From Limisphaerales bacterium (GTDB lineage: Bacteria > Verrucomicrobiota > Verrucomicrobiia > Limisphaerales > JAJOIW01), in NCBI GenBank assembly GCA_965657355.1, contig CBFHOE010000011.1:32001-96000 (forward strand): 64,000 nucleotides of DNA. Direction: 5' to 3'. The translations under genes and the position numbers were made by a program. Within the stretch, counting starts at the first letter, position 1. Every line of letters begins with the position of its first letter. Under the pieces are notes generated by a model. That model was not told the origin of the DNA and did no database searches. It saw only the letters and a list, made by a program, of their open reading frames with translations. Shown here piece by piece: positions 57,956 to 64,000 of this stretch.

Positions 57956-58834
57956 ATGAAAGATTTTAAAGCACTATTATCAGTATTCGCATTTCTTTTC
58001 ATCATTCCAACTTTTGCCGACGAGCTTGATAATTTAATTTCCTCTCACGAGGCTATCAAAATTGCAGGTGGATTTCGTTTCACCGAAGGCCCTGTCGCGG
58101 ACAAGAGTGGCAATGTCTTTTTTAGCGATATCCCAACAAGCAAAACTTACAAGTGGAATGCTGATACTGGAAAAGTCTCAGTCGCAAGAGAAAATACTCA
58201 TGAAGGAAACGGGATGCGAATGGATAAGAATGGGATTAGGTATACCTGTGAGCATGCCTCACGAAGTATCACAGCAACTTTGCCCAACGGAGAAGTGATT
58301 ACTGTCGTAAATGCATATGAGGGCAAAAAACTAAACAGCCCAAATGACCTGTGGTTCGATCCTAAAGGTGGAATATACTTTACTGACCCTCGCTATGGAA
58401 AAGCCAGTAACCTTGAGCAGGACGGTTTCCACGTTTACTACAAATTCCCCCAAAGCTCCCGAGTCATAAGAGTTTGTGATGATCTTGTAAAGCCAAATGG
58501 AATAATAGGTACTCCAGACGGTAAGCAGCTCTACGTGGCTGATCTCGGTGATAGGAAAACTTATGTTTACAAAATTAATGGTGATGCAACTCTCACTCAC
58601 AAAAAACTCTTTGCGGAATTGGGTTCAGACGGAATGTCTATGGATTCAGATGGAAATCTCTATTTGACATCCGGTGCTGTTCATATCATCTCCCCTCAAG
58701 GAAAGCGGCTTGGACAGATTACAACCCCAGAAAGCCCAGCAAATGTTACCTTTGGCGGAAAGGACATGAAAACCCTTTTTATTACGGCAAGAACTTCGCT
58801 TTATGCCATACGCATGAAAGTCACTGGGCAGTAA
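57956..58834 (+). CDS. SMP-30/gluconolactonase family protein, secreted
   Basis: 'FTEGP', 'FSDI', 'NSPND', 'FTDP', 'PNG', 'DGM', 'PANVTFGG'. Confidence 0.93.
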   Translation: MKDFKALLSVFAFLFIIPTFADELDNLISSHEAIKIAGGFRFTEGPVADKSGNVFFSDIPTSKTYKWNADTGKVSVARENTHEGNGMRMDKNGIRYTCEHASRSITATLPNGEVITVVNAYEGKKLNSPNDLWFDPKGGIYFTDPRYGKASNLEQDGFHVYYKFPQSSRVIRVCDDLVKPNGIIGTPDGKQLYVADLGDRKTYVYKINGDATLTHKKLFAELGSDGMSMDSDGNLYLTSGAVHIISPQGKRLGQITTPESPANVTFGGKDMKTLFITARTSLYAIRMKVTGQ

Positions 58835-58847
58835 ATAATAGCAGAAA

Positions 58848-59630
58848 TTAAACACCCATATTTGAATAATATTTAGCGATCCTGCGAGCGTGCTCGTCAT
58901 AGGCTGCCTCAAATATCTCAGCTGCACGACTCGCACCAACCACAGCTCCTGCAGCTAGCGCATACGGAGGAGATCCTGCCTTTGTCATTCTATCGGCGAC
59001 TTCAGCTTTAATGGCATTGACCAAGAGACACCCACCGATTGTGGAGCCAGGAGAAACTGGCATTTCCAAATTCTTGATACTCACCATCGCATCCCCCACC
59101 GGAGCCCCGGTATCCAATATGTAATCAGAGAAGTCCGTAAGTTTTTTACCATCTGCTCTTTTACTGGTCGAAGCTTCGGAGTGTTTTTTACTGACCAGGC
59201 CTACAACTGGTATATTATGCTTTTGAAACAGCTCAGCCATCTCTATAGGGACAACATTGCATCCGCTCGAAGACACAACCAAAGCTGCTCCTCCAACTCG
59301 AAGGTCAAAATTCCGTAAAATTTTTTCAGCTAGTCCCGGTATATTCTCCAAAAACATTGCCTGCCTTTGACCATTAGCCCCAACGACAAGGTTATGAAAA
59401 GTCAGGGAAAGCTCAACGATGGGATTAAACCCAGGAAAACTTCCATATCTTGGCCACATCTCTTCGACTAATATGCGACTGTGACCAGACCCGAAAACAT
59501 GAACCATTTTTCCATCAAGAATTTGGCTGGAAAATAGGTCTGCGACCTTTTGTATGGTGTTCATTTGGTTCTTAACAGATTCAACCAGTCCCTGGGATTG
59601 ATTCAAAAATGATTCTGCCGGTGATTGCAT
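58848..59630 (-). CDS. SIS domain (sugar isomerase) protein
   Basis: 'HVFGSGHS', 'VSSSGCN.VPIEMA', 'LDTGAPVGDA'. Confidence 0.88.
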   Translation of the reverse strand: MQSPAESFLNQSQGLVESVKNQMNTIQKVADLFSSQILDGKMVHVFGSGHSRILVEEMWPRYGSFPGFNPIVELSLTFHNLVVGANGQRQAMFLENIPGLAEKILRNFDLRVGGAALVVSSSGCNVVPIEMAELFQKHNIPVVGLVSKKHSEASTSKRADGKKLTDFSDYILDTGAPVGDAMVSIKNLEMPVSPGSTIGGCLLVNAIKAEVADRMTKAGSPPYALAAGAVVGASRAAEIFEAAYDEHARRIAKYYSNMGV

Positions 59631-60587
59631 AGTTCAATCTTATACATTTAATACCGGCTCACATCCATCTGAATCATGGCTATATTTCGAAATATGAACA
59701 TTTCACCAATTAGCTCTCAAAATCATAATTATGTATAGAACCTTAAAATAAAAACTAAATGGTTTGTTTATTTATTTTGCCGAAAAAAGCCCTGTTTTAA
59801 CCTCTTTATTTTAAATTCAGAGCCAGCCTGATCAGCCAAAACTTTGATAACTATACAAAATGGCCCTAAGAGTAAATCAGGTCACTTAAAATACTTAGGT
59901 TGAAACCTCAAGGGATCATTTTCACAAACTCGTCACTGCTTGGCAAAATGCTAAGGATTTAAAAGAAGCGTTGGATATATAAGATTAGCCGCAAAATTAT
60001 GGAATAAATACTTTTTACTTCAACCTACTCCTATTAGATAACTGTCTTTATGCGGGCAAATACGATGCCCGGTCCAAAAGCACATTGGCGTGCACTTCTT
60101 ACCAAATCCAAATAGTAACAAATTGATAGTCGAATGAGAGAACCGTTCGCATGCATAACCAAGAGAATGGACTTAGACAAAGGGACTTTCTTTAAACTTA
60201 TTAAAGGTTTCAGGATCTGGATGCACTTTTTATTTTAGTCGAAAATACAAATGCGTTAGGAGCTTTTTGTATTTGATAAAACAATCATGATATAATGTAA
60301 GAGGCACCATAAATTCACAAAAAGAAATGTAGGTTTCTTTACTGTTGATAAAAAAGCAGGTCCCTCGTTCACACCTGAAAACATGAATGGAAATCATCTG
60401 AAGTGTCATTTTCTCAAAAAACCAAAAATAGTGATTAAGCTATCCTCCATTAGAAAAATTTGATGGTTAATTTGTAATCAATCCAAGTCTGAACAATCTT
60501 GAAATCAGCTAATCAAGGTGACATTATGGTGGACTATAAATCCTTTGTCCTAAGCGGTGTTAACTACCAATTAAAAATTAGCCACTG

Positions 60588-62000
60588 ATGAAATTCATAT
60601 CCCTTATTTGTATTATTACACTTCTCTCCTCGGCATCCCTGCAATCAAAAGAAACGGAAAAAGTTAAACCCAATATTGTGCTAGTGTTCATTGATGATAT
60701 GGGTTGGGGCGACTTTTCGTGTTTCGGAAACAAAGCTACCAAAACACCGCATATTGATGATCTGGCAAAAAACGGAATCAGATTCGAGCAATTCTATGTT
60801 AACTCCCCTATTTGCTCTCCATCAAGAACGGCCATTTCAACTGGTCAATACCCTCAACGATGGAAAATCACCTCATACTTATCAGGCCGCAGGCATAACA
60901 AAGAAAGGGGTATGGCCCAATGGTTAGACCCAAAAGCTCCAATGTTAGCTCGATCCCTAAAGGATGCTGGGTATGCAACAGGGCATTTTGGGAAATGGCA
61001 CATGGGAGGACAAAGAGATGTTAATAATGCTCCGCCTATCACTGATTATGGTTTCAATAAGTCACTAACTAATTTTGAAGGTATGGGACCAAAGCTATTG
61101 CCATTGACCTTAAAACCGGGACAACGAAAGCCCGGAAAAATTTGGGCTAATGCTGAAATTTTAGGCGATGGATATAGATGGATGCAAAGATCAAAAATAA
61201 CCGAAGGATTCGTTAATGAGGCCATACCCTTTATGGACAAAGCGCAATCGGAGAAGAAACCATTCTATATAAATTTATGGCCGGATGATGTCCATTCTCC
61301 TTTCTGGCCTCCGGTTAGTAAATGGGGAAACGGAAAGCGAGAACTTTATCTATCCGTTCTCAATGAGATGGACAAGCAATTAGGTAAACTTTTTGATTAT
61401 ATCAACAGTGATGTAGATTTGAGAAATAATACTATAATTTTGATATGCTCTGATAATGGACCCGAAAAGGGTGCCGGTGTCGCAGGACCGTTTAAAGGGT
61501 ATAAAACACATCTTTATGAAGGCGGTATTCGGTCATCCCTAATAGCTTGGGGTCCCGGCATACTGAAAAAAATGAACTATGTTAATCGGACTTCAGTTTT
61601 TTCAGCTATTGACCTTGTCCCTAGTATTTTGAGCCTCGCTGGAGTGCCCAAGAATCATAATCATTCTTTCGATGGTGAATCTCTTCATGAAGTCTTGTTA
61701 GGCAAGTCAAACCAATCGAGATCGAAACCAATATTTTTTCGACGACCTCCAGATAGGGACTCATTCTATGGGGTCAAGAACTTACCAGATTTAGCCATGC
61801 GGTTTGGCAAATGGAAATTCTTATGCGAATACGACGGTTCTAACCCGGAACTCTATGACATGACTACGGATGTGGCAGAATCCACCAACGTTGCAAATGA
61901 TCATGCAGAAATCGTGGAAAACTTCCAGGCTGAACTCGTCAAATGGCATCAATCTATGCCGCAGGACAATGGAGCTAAACTCGCTTCCAAGAAAAAATAG
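60588..62000 (+). CDS. Secreted S1 (formylglycine-dependent) sulfatase
   Basis: 'PNIVLVFIDDMG', 'CSPSR', 'GKWHMG', 'SDNG', 'YEGGIR'. Confidence 0.95.
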   Translation: MKFISLICIITLLSSASLQSKETEKVKPNIVLVFIDDMGWGDFSCFGNKATKTPHIDDLAKNGIRFEQFYVNSPICSPSRTAISTGQYPQRWKITSYLSGRRHNKERGMAQWLDPKAPMLARSLKDAGYATGHFGKWHMGGQRDVNNAPPITDYGFNKSLTNFEGMGPKLLPLTLKPGQRKPGKIWANAEILGDGYRWMQRSKITEGFVNEAIPFMDKAQSEKKPFYINLWPDDVHSPFWPPVSKWGNGKRELYLSVLNEMDKQLGKLFDYINSDVDLRNNTIILICSDNGPEKGAGVAGPFKGYKTHLYEGGIRSSLIAWGPGILKKMNYVNRTSVFSAIDLVPSILSLAGVPKNHNHSFDGESLHEVLLGKSNQSRSKPIFFRRPPDRDSFYGVKNLPDLAMRFGKWKFLCEYDGSNPELYDMTTDVAESTNVANDHAEIVENFQAELVKWHQSMPQDNGAKLASKKK

Positions 62001-62045
62001 ACAACGTTTTGAATATCGCCAGTATAATGAATCAGTAAATTTTTT

Positions 62046-62966
62046 CTACAGTACCGAAGGATTAATGGCGGAATATGCCGCACCGTAGGACCCTGCATCT
62101 GGCCCGAGACTTGCTTTCACAATTGGAACGGAATGATTGGCAGGCCTCCACTCAAATTTGTTAATCCAAGGCTGAAGTTCTGAGACTAGGGTCTCATTGG
62201 ATCTAACAATCCCACCACCCAAAATAAAAACCTCGGGATCTATTATGTTGATTATAGAAACAACATTCGCCGCCAACGACGTCAGCATATTTTCCCAGAT
62301 GAGCTGAGCAGCTGGATCACCTGACTTAAGCCCCACACTGAGACTATGAAAATCTGAAAACCTATTATATGACCTTTCATAGAGGGTTGCCTGTCCAACG
62401 GCATCTTCAATACTTCCCGGGGTATTACAAATATCCTGTTTCCCTCGATAGTCTATCGAAACATGACCAAGGTGTCCCGCTCTTCCTATCTGACCTTTTA
62501 GCAAACGACCATCGGAAAAGATAGCACCGCCAACGCCAGTTCCTATGGACATCATGACAGCATTTTTAGACCCCACCGCCGCACCTTTCCATATCTCTGC
62601 CAGGAGAGCGGCTTGGCCATCATTGACAACCTTGACGTCAATACCCAAATCAAAAAACCCAGACCATTGAAGCTTTTCAAGACCATGCAACCTGCCTGGC
62701 ATGAACTCGATAAATTGATTATTTTTATCTGGTAAGCCGGGAGCGGCCAAACCTATTTTCTGCAAATAATAATTCTGATGCTTTTTTATGCCGTAAACCT
62801 CGTCGCGAATAGTCCGTGCAAATTCCGGTTCCGCTTCGGCATCTCCACAATCCATGGTTAACTTTTTCCATGATTTTAAGAGCTCCATAGATGGTAAAGA
62901 GAATAAAGAAAACTTAATTTCTGTTCCTCCAAGATCTATGCCTAAAACAACATCGGCCGGTTTCAT
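62046..62966 (-). CDS. ROK family sugar kinase
   Basis: 'GIDLGGT', 'NDGQAA..AE', 'IGTGVGG', 'AGHLGH', 'LGGG'. Start moved to ATG 62966. Confidence 0.9.
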   Translation of the reverse strand: MKPADVVLGIDLGGTEIKFSLFSLPSMELLKSWKKLTMDCGDAEAEPEFARTIRDEVYGIKKHQNYYLQKIGLAAPGLPDKNNQFIEFMPGRLHGLEKLQWSGFFDLGIDVKVVNDGQAALLAEIWKGAAVGSKNAVMMSIGTGVGGAIFSDGRLLKGQIGRAGHLGHVSIDYRGKQDICNTPGSIEDAVGQATLYERSYNRFSDFHSLSVGLKSGDPAAQLIWENMLTSLAANVVSIINIIDPEVFILGGGIVRSNETLVSELQPWINKFEWRPANHSVPIVKASLGPDAGSYGAAYSAINPSVL

Positions 62967-62988
62967 TTTTTTCAAATCTGTAATTTCA

Positions 62989-63783
62989 TTAAATACCAGG
63001 AATCTGCCCTTCACTAACCGACCAACCACCGTCGACCCCAATTACCTGACCTGTGATAAACCGAGCCTCATCGGACAAAAGCAGTTCAACAGTGCCATCA
63101 AGGTCACTCGGCACGCCAATTCGACCACCCTCTAAAGGTTGCTTAGAGGATATAAACTTTTGAATCTCTTGATTTTTTGATGCCCTTTCTGACATAGGAG
63201 TCTCAATAAGTGCCGGAGCGATAACATTTGCTCTGATATTTTCTGATGCATAATACGAAGCAATAGATTTAGTAAAGCCTATTACTGCCGATTTTGTTGC
63301 GGCGTAAGCATGCGTACTAAAAAATTTGGGACTTGGTGAAAACCCTAAAACGGAACCAGTATTTAAAATGACTCCACCAGAATTTTGTTTCAAGAATGTT
63401 TGAACCGCCGCTCTATTTGAATAGACGAAAGATTTGAGATTGAGGGAGAGAGTAAATTCTAAACCTTCGTCGGTTATTTCATGAAGAGGGCCATCACCTT
63501 GCCTTCTGCCACTTCCGCCTGCTACATGATAAAGGCCGTGAAGCTGTCTATTTTGGGCTTTCAACTGTTGTATACCGCAAGTAACCACAGATGAGTCGGA
63601 CGCATCACCGCAAAATATTTCGGTATCTCCCCCAAGTTTTTCTTGTGCAGATCTTAGATTCTCCTCGTTTCGGCCAATAATTAGAACATGCGCCCCATTA
63701 GAAACGAGTCTTTGTGCCCCACTGAATCCAATACCAGTAGATCCTCCCACGATTATTATATTTTTTCCCTTGTAGCTAGCCAT
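62989..63783 (-). CDS. Classical SDR oxidoreductase
   Basis: 'GGSTGIG', 'YAATK', 'IRANVIAP', 'ITGQVIGVDGG'. Confidence 0.92.
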   Translation of the reverse strand: MASYKGKNIIIVGGSTGIGFSGAQRLVSNGAHVLIIGRNEENLRSAQEKLGGDTEIFCGDASDSSVVTCGIQQLKAQNRQLHGLYHVAGGSGRRQGDGPLHEITDEGLEFTLSLNLKSFVYSNRAAVQTFLKQNSGGVILNTGSVLGFSPSPKFFSTHAYAATKSAVIGFTKSIASYYASENIRANVIAPALIETPMSERASKNQEIQKFISSKQPLEGGRIGVPSDLDGTVELLLSDEARFITGQVIGVDGGWSVSEGQIPGI

Positions 63784-63899
63784 CGGAATGATCGTATTAT
63801 TTCACAACTTTCCCGGGTTCTAAAGTCATTCAGTAGACAAACGTTAAAAGAAAAATCTGATAGATTGGAAAACCAACGCTGTTCCGATATGTTTATGGC

Positions 63900-64000
63900 A
63901 TGGATGAGCATATGCAAAAAATCTTTGATGACGGTATCTTTGCATTCAGTCAAAATGATTATGAAGATGCGATTAGTAATTTTGAAAAGATTCTAGCTTC
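63900..64000 (+). CDS. Probable TPR protein, 5' part only (runs off the window)
   Basis: Not in the ORF track. Open frame from ATG 63900 reads MDEHMQKIFDDGIFAFSQNDYEDAISNFEKILA, a TPR-like pattern. Confidence 0.6.
   Translation, partial: MDEHMQKIFDDGIFAFSQNDYEDAISNFEKILA

Noticed and set aside
63688..63996. Track ORFs 63688..63996 (+) and 63756..63953 (-)
   Set aside because: Both overlap the SDR start; the frame from ATG 63900 is more protein-like.
1..64000. CRISPR arrays, tRNA/rRNA, IS elements, integrases, prophage
   Set aside because: None seen by eye in intergenic regions or translations. tRNAscan, cmscan and CRISPR finders were not run.

Overview
About 64 kb of AT-rich, gene-dense bacterial chromosome. 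Gene content (DUF1080, DUF1501, DUF1549/DUF1553, PmoA/DUF6807, a MoxR-DUF58-BatA cluster, a sulfatase) points to the PVC superphylum, most likely Verrucomicrobiota; this is inference, no search was run. Housekeeping genes: hflK, nadC-birA-coaX, trpA, sufE, pyrE, a UbiD-family decarboxylase, infA, dacB, kdsD and a stand-alone fusA. The rest is carbohydrate-oxidation genes and secreted hypothetical proteins. I saw no tRNA, rRNA, CRISPR array, transposase, integrase, prophage or recognisable anti-phage system. Best leads: (1) a carB that encodes only the C-terminal half of the enzyme and looks like an intact separate gene; (2) a divergent IF-1 paralog directly upstream of infA, in a region whose genes mostly lack Shine-Dalgarno motifs; (3) a six-gene TPR-gluzincin / DUF4159 / MoxR / DUF58 / BatA-vWA / coiled-coil operon of unknown function; (4) a shared C-terminal domain on two unrelated secreted proteins, a candidate sorting signal; (5) a GC-rich, self-complementary ~100 nt intergenic element after carB; (6) a 54-bp perfect palindrome; (7) a sulfatase plus ~950 bp of non-coding DNA interrupting an SDR-ROK-SIS gene run. 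Family calls come from motif recognition by eye, and several start codons were moved from the ORF track.
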